From Catajapyx aquilonaris (lineage: Eukaryota): 54,178 nucleotides of DNA. The DNA is taken from positions 1 to 54,178 of the forward strand of contig JYFJ02002612.1 of assembly GCA_000934665.2 (NCBI GenBank), written 5' to 3'. Below the pieces are notes generated by a model that saw only the letters and a list, made by a program, of their open reading frames with translations, had not been told where the DNA came from and did no database searches. Position 1 is the stretch's first letter. Each line of letters starts with the position of its first letter. Positions 28,042 to 40,377 of this stretch are shown here, one piece after another. The position numbers and the translations under genes are program-made.

Positions 28042-31000
28042 GTGAGTGCCTTGGGTTGATGTTTCCTTCTTTTTCCAATCATAATGCACACAGGGGGGTG
28101 GGGGGTTTCTAATGCTGGAGGCAAAGCAGGCGCAGGAAAATGTGCTCAAAATGGGAAAATATTGATCCAGTGCGAAATAAAATTTGTAGCCGTTCTTTCA
28201 GGAGAAGTTCATGGCGGCTTCAAATCGATAGTAATTGCAACAAACTTGGTAGACTCTGCGGTGCAGAATTACTCCGATTCAGTGAGGAGCCTACTGTGCT
28301 GTACAGTATGTGCACCGCTTGCTCGGCATAACATTGTCTTACTTTTGGACTAATTCCACTTATACACATTGTGCTGTAATTCCACTTTGAATTGCAAATG
28401 TACCCTTGCGAGCCGAGTTGCTTTTCTATTTTATACGTCACAAATCTGTGATTATAATTTGAAAGGTTATTCGTAGAACCTTGTTCATGTTATTAAGATG
28501 ATTAATTAAAACGAATATTGATCGTTATAATGAGGCTACTCGGAAGTTTTTGGAGGTACTTATGTCGAGAAAGCAAAGGTCCTAATAATATCAAATACAG
28601 AACGATATGTGAAAAAATACTCATAGATGACAAAGGCGATGAAAGGTGTCCTATCTGTCCCTTCTTCTCCATTTGTACCGACTGTCTGTTCTGTTGCAAT
28701 CAAAATTGTCAAAATAAATTTCTGTAATGGAACATATGTCAAGCACACACACCGATTGAAACAAAAGCGTCAATCAGGCTCGCATTCACGTGTTTATCAC
28801 TGTCACCCTCAATATAGAGTGATCCACACGAACAAATGGCTTCCCTCATAATTGTTGCTTGTATGTAAATCAGTTGGAATAATTACTAGGTAGGAGGTAC
28901 ACCACATTCTGCAGACTTCGACCCTCTTGTATTCTGACATGTTATGTCCGGACCAGCGCAGCGTCCGCCTGCAGCATAACACTGCATTATTTTAGTGGGC
29001 TCGTATAGTGCAGCATCGCGTATAATGGTTGCAGTACTGTACTAGTTACTGTAAGTCTTCAGCGAATATTGATGTTCATCCTAAGTTTCAGGCAACCGCA
29101 CCCTTGTATCACTTGTAGCGTACCAGACAGGCAACATTTCGTCCTAGGGTCTAAATTACATTGCTGACTTAGTACAGTACAGTCACACAACGGAATTCAA
29201 GCTTACAATAATTGCACGTTCGGTATGGCTCGCTTTACTAAAGGCTCAAGTATGCATAAATCAATGATAGCTTCCGAATATCGAAAACAATGTGTCCCTT
29301 TGACAGCGGAAACTTTGTTTGGTTAGACAGTTATGTCTGCTGAATCAAAGCAGAACTCCGTGTACTTACACCACCTTTGCATTATCGGTTTTCCTTTTGA
29401 TGCCATTTGATACGCGGGTTTACCAATATTCCTGTCCCACTTTGAATCCTGAATCTCCCAAGGGTCATGTTGTAATTCACGCTCCGGATGCATTACAGTG
29501 TGTTGTATAACACAGTTTGTCGCCTCTCTCCAACGCGATGTCAACCAAACGCAAGGACGAAACATTTCGGGTTATTGAATGATTAGTTGCGTGACAATTT
29601 GACCTGATGCGAATATGAGCTTTTCGACCGCAGTACCTGATGTTGCGGTTATTAGTGGAAGAAATGACTAATAAATTTAACACAACAAGAATACATTAGT
29701 ACAAAAGGGGAGCACGCTACATGAATAAACCATCATTAATGAACCCCGTCGCTGGCGATATTGGCCAACGTTGGCATCAATAAAAGGATTAATTAGCGCT
29801 AATATGATTTTGACAATATTAATATGCCCCCAATAATCTACGGTATGGAGGACAATAACGATTGATAGGTGCTCCAAAGAACAATGCCGGACCAATAAAT
29901 TCCTGCTGTGAACAAGTGCGTGATTAACGGCCTATTTGCCAGTCTTCGATCCGTCGCACCTACTGTTGATCCCCCAATTAATTATACACTCATTAGCACC
30001 ACCCCTTTCTTCAAGCCCTTGTTTCCCCCCGGCATTATTCCAGTGCGTGTTTACTTGATATCGAGCAGCTGCTGTACACTACATCTCGGTTTCAGTGTTT
30101 ATGTGGCGTTCAAAGTTTTGGGTTGGTGGGTTGGGTCTCCTTTTCGACGATAGGTTTCCAGCGTGAGTTGGGGCAGAATCCCCATCTCCGGAATAGCCGG
30201 CAGTTTCTCTGCTCCACAATGGAGGTGCAGCACCCCCATCTGTTTCCAAACGACAGCAATAAACTGCAGAAAACGGAGTGCAATTACTTAGCGATTGTAG
30301 TACGATTGAGCGCAGATGAGAGTGCAAACGGGGATTTACATGCGTGGCCGATTACTTGGAAAAGGGGTACGCTTTTGGCTCCGAACATTTGCACTTCATT
30401 TGCTTCTTGTTCTCCAAAATGTCGAAGCGAAGGAACAATAAAAAAACACACAGCGAGCGGAGGGAACGGTAATCATCTGCACCGCTGTGAACTTTAAAGT
30501 TCGCCCAGAGCTGATGAGATGAAGTTGGTGGAATAAAACTACATCGTAACATTTACAATTTTGTGTAAAAAAAATTTAATTACTTTTTGTGTTTTTTTCC
30601 ACTGCTTGTTTTTAATAAAAAAAAATCAATTGAGCTCTCGGTACCTGAATATCCACGTCATGTAGTTAACCTCCCTTTTCTTCACTCCCTGCATTGTTCG
30701 AGGCCGTGGGGTGTGGAGATACCGTGGCGTTTGTGTCACGTCCTTTTGCTATTGCAGGGTAGAAAGGTCTCATTTGCATGTCCAATCTCACCGCGGATTG
30801 ACAGCGGGATTTGAGCCCGTACTTTGGTGTGAACGCAGCAGCGGACCCCCTAGTTTTTCCGAGAAGGGTCGAAAAAAAAGCTGAGCTCCAGGGGCGGACC
30901 CCTGCCTCAAAATTTGGCTAGCCCCGTTGGCAAACATAGCTCTACTGGGATCCAAACCGGGCCTAATCGCCGCGTTAAAGCTGGATTAAGTTGATGTGTT

Positions 31001-32547
31001 TGGCTGCTAGTCCACAGCAGACACAATCTGCGATATAAATAGGATTAAATGTATAGGGGGCATAGGGTGGTTCCCATAAGCCTACCTTCTAGTGGACTGA
31101 CTAATGCTCCGGGTTATGCACTGCACACAACGGCCCTTTTGTGCCACCCGGTTTTATCCAGTAGCTTGCTCTGTGCTGGGTGACTCATAATTCATCACGG
31201 TTTGCACACTTTTGGTCTCTGCACACGACGTACCAGGCCAAAAGTGTCCTTTGTGCGACCCAATTCTTATGGTGAACCGTGCTTTCGAAAATGCAGGCTG
31301 ATATAGGTATGCATTGTCAGCCGCAAAAATGACAACAATAGAGACATGATGACATTTTTTAAAAATCAAAGCATATCAATACTTGGATTTATTGAGCGTA
31401 TTCTATGCACATGTCTGCTGGATGGACCATTTTGTTCCCTTCTTGTTCTCTCTGGAGACAAGGAGTAATACATTGGCACTATTATTTCCGGTTTGAAATG
31501 CTGGAGCTGGAACCACTTCTGGAGGGACCTTGTGGATTTGGAGGGTTGCCAACCTGCAGTCTAAAATAAAAAAATAATGTATTACCCCTTGATAATGCTT
31601 AGTTTATTGCAGGGTACGCTACATCACTTTCTATTCTTGGCCGACATTTTATGACGCCTGATCATGGTAAAAAAACCAGAATTATTATTATTATATGGCA
31701 CCTCCTCTCGGTACAGTGCATAGTACCTGTGAGCGCAAATCCTCCTTAGAAAGATGCTGAGGACGTGCAATCAGAGGTGCAAATATGTAATTCGGCAATA
31801 CACCCTCACGTTTCTGCAGTTAACTCTCCTTGATATGTGGTACGTGCACGTCAACTTCCAATGAAGAGTCCCAAATTTCGCGTGGTACCGTACCGTCGGG
31901 TATGAGCCATAAAAATTTTTACGGGGACAGGAGCAAGGAGTGTCTAGGGGGTGGGGGAGAGGCGGATGTGGGGATAGATACAACTACCCCCATAAACTTC
32001 AATGAAGTTGCGACGACGGTGCTTGGCTGTAACCCTCCCTCTACAGTTGCATGCACTGCATCTCGTGTTTGCTCGTCACTCTCGGAATTTCTAGGTACAC
32101 TTGTAAACATGCACATAAACAGTCTCCCCCTCCGTGAGATATAATTGGTCACATATAGTTTCGGTCCCCCAAAACTTTGTGCTGAATATCTTCATTCCGG
32201 ATGTAATTCGAGCTGATGTAACATTGCACACAGATGGTTTCGGCAGAATTCGAGGATAATGATAACAATATGACTCCAAATTAATGACTGGGATTTGGCC
32301 ACGGGCGTTGCGACTAATCTAGGATTGACACTGACATTATGCATGGATACCAGTCAAAATGGGACGTATTTCCAGCTAAAACCAGCCAGTGATACAAAGT
32401 AGACGATCCTAAATGGATTTTCCAACCTTGTGGTCCCCTATTTTTTTAGTCTGAACCTAGAAGTTCATCAATACCAATTAAGGTGGCTTCTGCTTAGAAT
32501 AAAGATTAACGACCCTGTTTTTTCTCTCTCTTCTTTGCAAACAACAG

Positions 32548-32647
32548 GTGGCACCGAAAGGAGAGCGACCCAACCAAACTGTACACACTTGAGTTCAACG
32601 ACAAACGTTACCTGATCGGCGGTTCACTGGTGATCCGCAATGTCCAG
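32548..32647 (+). CDS. Dscam: Dscam exon 6: middle of Ig3
   Basis: Pyrimidine tract then aacag| ... CAG|GTGAGC, phase 2-0. Encodes (R)WHRKESDPTKLYTLEFNDKRYLIGGSLVIRNVQ. Confidence 0.95.
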
Positions 32648-34148
32648 GTGAGCCCCCCAAATTTTGGTATGCATGATCCCGATCTCTAGTCTGGGCGCAC
32701 TGTAGCGAAAATCGCGGCAATCAAACCGGTAGCACCCACAATTTCCCTAGCTGCCGCTTTAATTCATCATTACCGCAGCTATTCATTGCAGCGAACGCGC
32801 CATTTTCCAAATGGATAAATATCGGGTGTATTTGAAGTAGAGCGTTTGAGGCCTGTGTTTTGCGTGCAGGGCGTGAGTGGGAATAGTTTGGTTCTGGGTG
32901 TGCGAATCTGTTTACTTGGGTTCTGGGACCCACGTGTTGTATACTGCCGAGTGCATAAATCCATGTGTGTGGGAGGATGGGGAGGGCTTATGTGGATGAA
33001 TGAGTAATTTATTCAATGGTTTCGATTGCACCGCGTTTGTGTCATTATCGGAGTGGAACAGAGTGCAACTGTGTTGCACCATCTTCAATCAACATCTGCT
33101 GACCCACTAAAGTCGGGTAGTAAAATAGTACCCAAAAAATATCACGAATGTAATGATAATTTTTCCATCCTGAGAGCTTCGGACCATCAATCTTTTTCCT
33201 CTAGAGTTGTATCTAGTTCAAGTCACGTCCGGATCGTTAACACAGCGCATGACGTGACAGCACTTTAATTCCTAAATCAATAGTATTATAGCTGTGATTT
33301 GAGGCGGTGCTTTTTATACGGCTAGGGCACTAATTCAAAAGCTCACATGGAATCACACCAGCACTGCATGCTCATTACCTTATAAATCATTAGAATACAC
33401 AACGCCCCCAAATGTGGGCCATGGAGTATGAAGATAGATATTTTTCTCGAAAAAAAAATCGACTTTTGTCAGTTTGTCATTTATCGAGAGGGTAGGTGCT
33501 GGGTAGGGTGGGTAAGGAGGGCAATGAAATTATGTGTGGGTTGTGCCGCCCCCAAGAGTCGCAGCCTTGTCCAAAGTTGGAGGCAGAGCACGTTTCTGCG
33601 CAGTGAGAAGAGGAAAATGACTGTTGGCGTGTCGATGCATTTTAAGGATATAGTTCGGATGTGACCCGAATAAATTTGACTCGGCGAACGGAAAGATGTC
33701 TCCGGAAAAGGGCCCGGATAAAAGAAGGCCAAGGGACCTGCTCTTCCTACTACTTGACTTTCTGCCAATTCAAACATTAATTTGCTCCTGCTTTTGGAGG
33801 CAAAAAAGAGTAGAATCGAGAACCCTGGTCGTTTACCGGGGCAAATATTGGATCATTAATGACATCCTGCTTGACAATAATAAATCCTGCGTCTATGCCC
33901 CCATAGGTTTAATCACCATCGGGTTCAACCCAGGCTTCACGACTCCAATAAATAATTAATGGTGTTTCCGCGATAATGGTACAGGCCTCCGTGTCGCAAG
34001 CCCATAACAACGTACGGCATGTAGCGTATTCCACACTCCAGCCCACAAACCTACTGTGTCACCGCAAATCAACACCTCTGTTCCGGACAAAATACCGGAT
34101 AAAGTTTTATGTTGTGAATAAACAAATTGCAAAATGTTTTATTTACAG

Positions 34149-34265
34149 GTCGAGGACACCGGTTCTTATGTATGTGCCGTGAACAGCTCTGCCGGAAGTG
34201 GAAGCGCTGAGACTGAGCTGAAAGTTATATTTCCACTATCAGCCCATATGCAGCCGCAACATCAA
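34149..34265 (+). CDS. Dscam: Dscam exon 7: end of Ig3 and start of Ig4
   Basis: ttttatttacag| ... CAA|GTGAGT, phase 0-0. Encodes VEDTGSYVCAVNSSAGSGSAETELKVIFPLSAHMQPQHQ, with the DxGxYxC motif. Confidence 0.96.
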
Positions 34266-36335
34266 GTGAGTAGAACCACCTCAATTGACTCCAACAGAAA
34301 AAAAGCCAATGTTTTGATGGAAATATTAGCCCCCCGTTTCTCCTGAGAGTTATTCACAATGTGTCGCAGTTTCCAGCAGTTGAGCATTGATTCAGTTGCA
34401 TCCGGAGCGTGAAATGTAGGCTAACCAACCGTAGAGGTTGGAGTGATTAGCCTACCAAGTAGGAGTCTTGGCAGGTGCAATTTGGACAAAACTGAGCCCA
34501 ATTTACACCTCGGAAATGTACAAAAAAAATATCCGGAGATGCATCCGGTCAAGCCTTTATAGGGGTTTTTGGTGGGTCTCCAGAAGGCGCCATATGGTTC
34601 CGGAGGAAAGTCCTGCCAATTTGGACCCCAGCGTGGCGCCATGTCGAGCAAGTGATGCACGTTTCGCCGCACACTCATTTTCCGGCAGAACCCCAAGAAC
34701 CTTCGTCCCCGTCACTCTTGGTGCCGAAATTAAGGGCCCCACGACACAGTTGGCCCGGATATGCCCACAACCGCTTATAATTTTTTTTCCCCCGCGGAAA
34801 AGTCCGACCTTTCCCCTCAGGCCTGGACACTTTTATAGTCTGGCTTTTCCTAATTTTGTTCCGATGTTTCCGGGGTGTCATGCAGTCTGGCAGGAAGGAG
34901 GACTCCGGAGATGAAAGTTACGTGCCTTACCAATAAAGTTGCATACGCAAATTTTGTCGTGTTTTTTGGACTCGTTAACTGGTAGATTCAGCAGCAGGAT
35001 ACTTACGTTAACCTATAGAACGTCCCCTTACTTGAATATTTCCGCGGACGCTGAAAAAACGTCTCGCAATTTATTTATGCCCGCAGGGTGTACACTACCG
35101 GACAGCTGCAATACACTGTTACAACACCTGCATTCTAGGTTTATCGACTTTCCTTCCAAGTTTCGGTTCGTTCCGTAGGGCATTTAAACAGCCCTGCTAA
35201 AATATTATATTCTAGGTATACCTGCGAGTACGAACCGTCTCATTTGGTATGCAAGCGAGAATTTCAGTCAGTCGTGCGTGGACCCTAGCCCTCAAGGAAA
35301 ATAATGACGTCCACCATTCTACTTGTTGAAATCGCATCCTGTTTACTGACCTCCCATCCAATCACGCCGTCTCTTGCTAACAAATAGAGCATTAGATCGA
35401 TCCGGGGTATGGCCAGCATCAGAGGTCAGCATCCCGCAGGTTTTTCCGGAGAAATTGCTGGGCCATTCCGTACAAGGCGCAGTCTGGGGTCGTAAAAAGA
35501 GCAACTTTGGAGTGTATTAGAGGCTGACCTCAAGCCCGGGGTCTAATGTGAGTTAATCGGCTTGTGTCAATATCATCCGCATAAGGAAATTGCTCCGTAA
35601 CAGCCCCCCCTAGATTAGGCTGGCAGCCGGTCTTTCGTGTGCCAAGGTCTCAGGAATTAATCTGGAAAACAGGAAATTGAAGCGACGAAAGTTTGCTTGG
35701 GACTAGGGACACGGAGGGCCTCCCCTGTTTACACGATTGGATCAGCGTTTTAATAAGGCGGCACGAAAGAGTTAAGCCTCTTGCTCATGAAAGGATTGCC
35801 TTATCTCCTAATAATACTCTGGGATATACACGGTGCAGTGCAGCTCAAACTAAATTTAGAGCATGACTTGGCTTCAGACAAGAAAGGACCAGACACTGTT
35901 CCGATTTTTTACACGATAGATCAAATGTCTGTTTAAATATTTATATCGTAGAGACTGGTTCAGTTGTAATGTATAGAAAGTCTGAACCTGCAGGGTATAG
36001 TGACCTAGTGTCGAGGGAACTAAGGCCAATTTTTCTGCGGTGTAATTAGGCGAGAGATGGCCATGGTCCCCACTAATAAGGGAGTAAAGGCCTGGTTTAG
36101 GCGGTCCTTGTATCCTTGTTATGGTCACGTGTAATGAAGAAACTCTCATCAATTTCGGCCCTAAAAGAGATGGGCCGAGGGAGTAAATCCGGGTAGGCCA
36201 GTCTGTTTCCGCAGTATATGATGCGCCTTCTGTTGTGGATGGCCTGGCTAAATTGGATGTGTTCAAGACCACTTATTGCCCTCCACGCGATTGGTTTCGG
36301 GGTTATCAATCTCTGGGAATTTAATCCGGTTTCAG

Positions 36336-36573
36336 GTAGTGGACGCAGGTCAGCCGGCCGAGTTCAACTGCATCACTTCTGGTTTTCCGAAACCAGCCAT
36401 GACTTGGGCCAAAGATGGGAAGAGACTTGCTATCGATTCTCGGGTCAAGGTGGCCCAGAACGGTAGAAGCCTCCGGATTCGTCCTGTCCAGAGAGAAGAC
36501 CAAGGAATGTACCAGTGTTTTGTCAGGAACGATATGGAAGCCACTCAAGCCACTGGGGAGCTTCGATTGGGAG
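36336..36573 (+). CDS. Dscam: Dscam exon 8: Ig4
   Basis: tttcag| ... GAG|GTAAGT, phase 0-1. Encodes VVDAGQPAEFNCITSGFPKPAMTWAKDG...VQREDQGMYQCFVRNDMEATQATGELRLG. Confidence 0.97.
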
Positions 36574-39500
36574 GTAAGTTAATCCGGGAGCCTGGCTGCC
36601 ATTTGAGGTCAGATTTCCCCGGACAATAATGGCGCCCTACTTTTTGTTGGGGGTACTTGGTACAGCTTTCCCAGCACACGGACCAATAATCCGATAGCCT
36701 TGCCGGAATGCACAAGTTTGAGCATTTGAGAGGTACTCAGAGGCAATACCACAGGGTACTGATCCGACCCACGTCAGACACTATGACTAGTCCCGTCCGT
36801 CACACACTGCATTTCTAGGGGGCCTGGTATAACAGACCCCCCCGCTTTAGAGTGTTAGACAGCAGTTAGGAAGTTTATTAAGCTCGGCTGCACCCGGAAG
36901 CATAACCGTGCTTTTCACTTAAGGCAACCTGACAGCCGGTTGCGTAAGTTTCGTGTAAGGGCATTAGGGCGAAGGAATTGCGGGCTTGTAAGTGACGCCT
37001 GTTGCCCGCATGGTACCGCAGACTCAATCCTGCCACGTCGTGCAACTTTTTGGACAGGTTGTGGGGGAAGCTGATGGTACCGTACACTGTACAGGGCGTA
37101 ATCAGATGCATGCATGACCAGCCCCTGCGGACTCGACAATCGTATCTTGCGGATTCTGGTGCGGCAGGAACTGGGAGTCGCAGCTGGAAATCACGGCAGC
37201 TGCTGTATGTATAGTTGGGGTGTGTTTGGCAAGCGGAGGAGCACAAAGGGAGAGAGCTGCCACGGCTTTTGAGTCCGGGGCCTAGTCAGCGCGGGAAATG
37301 AGCCAGTCTGCCAGCATTGTTTCCACGAATTACGACGAACAATGCCGTCACACGAAGCGGCCCGTTGTAAAATTAAGTTCCCTTTAGTTCGTCTGCGGAG
37401 CTGACATAATGTGATTCTGTCTCCTCCTACTACTCTCTGGGTATATATACCTCCACACTTGGCACTGCTCGCCATTACTGCATCTTTCTCTCGGCTACCT
37501 CCGGTGGGTACGTGGTTCACACCCTTTGCTTTGCCCAAGGGGATCATATCCTCGGATTGCAGCACTACTGGAATCAAGATACATTGTTGCAGGAAATGTG
37601 ACATTGAAATTATGTGCGTGCATGTGTCTTGTTAAGTGAATGTTGAAATATATTTCCTGCAAAATCGAATGCCCAAGCAATGTTATATTTAATATTATTC
37701 GCAGTACGGTAATAAAACGGCGTCGCCATAATGGAGCTCAAAGTGGCATAAGTAAATGTATTTAACAAGTAAAGTGTGACAGGGAATGTACACTTTTTTC
37801 AGCCATACTGTACACAGTGTTATTAATCAAGTTGGACGAATGACGAATATTTGTTTGTGAAAATTTCATGAAGAATGGAGGGGGGGGGGGGGGTTCAAAA
37901 ATAATGATTTGATTTAGAATGCAAATCAGTTTCACAGCCTTGATTAAAATACATCAGCGTGCATTTTTCAGCAGGGAGTAAATAATTACGCCCCCTATTC
38001 GCCTTTGTGTTCAACCAATTTGCTTTTGCTTAGCCTGATAAAGCATGCTGAATAACTACCGTTAAATGAAAATTAGATTTGACGCCAACAGACCCTCTTT
38101 TTTTGCACCGAAGTATTGCAACACAATGAACCAGTGAACCCAGTGCGATACGTTCAGAGCTGCAACTGAAAAGAATTAAAAGCTACACAGCAAGGGAATG
38201 GCAGGCAGTGCAGTGCAGTTGAGTATCGAATGTGGATGAGCATTCGGGTTTCGTTAATTATCTTTCAAAATGACGCACTTTCATTAGTGAAAGTGCCTCA
38301 TTGGGGTTTCCAAACTGAATTTCATAGGTTTTTAACGCGACATGAAACTTCTAGTATGCTGAGGGTACCCGCACTTTACCGCACACAATTATACAAACTA
38401 TAATTCCACGTAACCGTAACTTTTTTATGACAAAGTTGGACCAGTGGGGGGTGAGTTTGAACTAGATTTTTCCGATTGAAATTTCCTGGGACAGAATTTG
38501 CTATCGTTTGTTAGCGGATTATCATTGGCAGACACACTAATGGTGCCTTCACGTCCACGTTATACAGTTTTTTTGCCAAATCAATTCGCCTTGTATGTAG
38601 CTGCTATATCTGACACCGAATGTCGCGATTTCGGGATTCAGTTATTGCTATGCGGGTTTGGACACTAGATTAGATACAGATTTTGAGTATCCCTGCGTAG
38701 CAATCGATTATATACTGATGCGAGAAGTGATCCGAATGCAAATTCACGTCCGTGGAATTTGCAGCAGAATCTGTCACACTAAATGCAAACATTGAACATT
38801 GCAGAAAATTGCGAATAAATTTTAAAAATACGCAGAACACACATTTGAATACTCTGAGCTCTTTGACTGATGGGATATTCCTCAGAATGTATTTCGCTAT
38901 TAGTGTGCGTTGTAATATTCAGAAGAGAAACCGAATACGGCACGTGCTTGGGAACGTATCTGGGTAATTATAGGAAGCCAGGAGATACAACCAGTTATAA
39001 GGCTGCAGCAGTGGGTTCATTTGCAAGGGTTCAGACCATGATAATTAAAGCACTCCGGTGCAACTATACACGCCGTTTTGTAGAACGACTGTGCATACAA
39101 AACAGCATCCTAGAGCATGGGAGAGAAAATCCTTGTTTATCAAGTACATGACATTATATACGGCTTGCAATTTGGGAGACCCAGCTCTATATGTTGGCTC
39201 TACATGGTGCTGAGGAAGAATGCGATCGATTAGGGAATTCCATGAATATCTTGCATCGAGTGAAGAGCTATAGCCAGCGCAGGACTGCGATGGCAGCCAG
39301 CCACTAACTGCAATTCATGGAACAAGGGAAACCTTTTGAAGGCTCGCAATCCGTCAAGTCAGCCTTCCCCTGGAGCAGGAAGCCCGGACTATGTAAAGAG
39401 CACCGGAAAACATTACGTCCATCCCCAGTTGGGCTCAAAATGCAATTCCTCTTCCCAGCACTGCAAGAAAGAAAGTTTCGTCTGGATACTTATGCACTAT

Positions 39501-40322
39501 TCACGAAATGCTATAAAAATGCGGCTTGTCTCAGAGAAAGGTTCATGTGCTCTAAACACATAACAGACATTATTATAAATACGATTTCATACATATATCG
39601 AAAAAAAATATCATCATATGTTCTTGAAATAGAAGTGGACCCACTTTTCATTGCTTGTTATGGCCGATCTGCACATGTTGCACACAAAATTGTGAGAGAA
39701 ATTATGTCCCTTCTGGCCTGTGTGCTAAGTTAGGAGACGACTTTTGCTCCGTGTACTTTGGCAAAGTTACTGCTCCGGATATATTAAAATGCGATTTTAC
39801 TGACTTGAGCCGCCGCCCTGCTGGCACTTGGACCAAACTATTCGACGCACTTGTCGCCCCCACACATTCGTCATTCACTTTTGATAACAAGCTCTAATTT
39901 GAAGCGGTCATAAATTTGCCTTCACTTACACTCCTTGCTCTGAGAAGTAATATTCGAACTTTATTACCCCTCATACGAAAATTTAAGCTATGAAATGTAC
40001 AGTTTAAAAAAAACAGGCCCATAAATATTTCCATCCCGGATTCATGTCCACTAATTGCTTAATTTCGCACTTTTTTGTCATCCTGCAAAGTTTGCATTGT
40101 CGTAACGATCCCGCTCGATATTTTTGCAACATGGTTCGACACCAGTGATGCATAACGCTAACTGCAATTATTTACACGTGCTTATGGGCATTACCGGACA
40201 AAACGCAGCCGTGATGTGAGCTAACCGACAGCTTGCATGCACGATCAAATTATGCAGCTCGGTAGGGGGAAGTTTTAAATCAGTCTTATTAACTCCGCAT
40301 AAATATCACGCCTTGACACAAA

Positions 40323-40377
40323 ATTGGGTAAAATCACCCAACTCTTTAAAAAAATCACCCAACTAAAAAAAACAGTG
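40323..40377. repeat. 14-bp direct repeat AAAATCACCCAACT with inverted TTGGGT and terminal ACAGTG; possible CACTA/EnSpm-like MITE relic
   Basis: Repeat copies at 40330-40343 and 40351-40364 are visible. The transposon interpretation rests only on resemblance. Confidence 0.35.

Noticed and set aside
36218..36335. Signal-peptide-like MMRLLLWMAWLNW upstream of exon 8
   Set aside because: Out of frame with Ig4, and no donor was seen that restores the frame.
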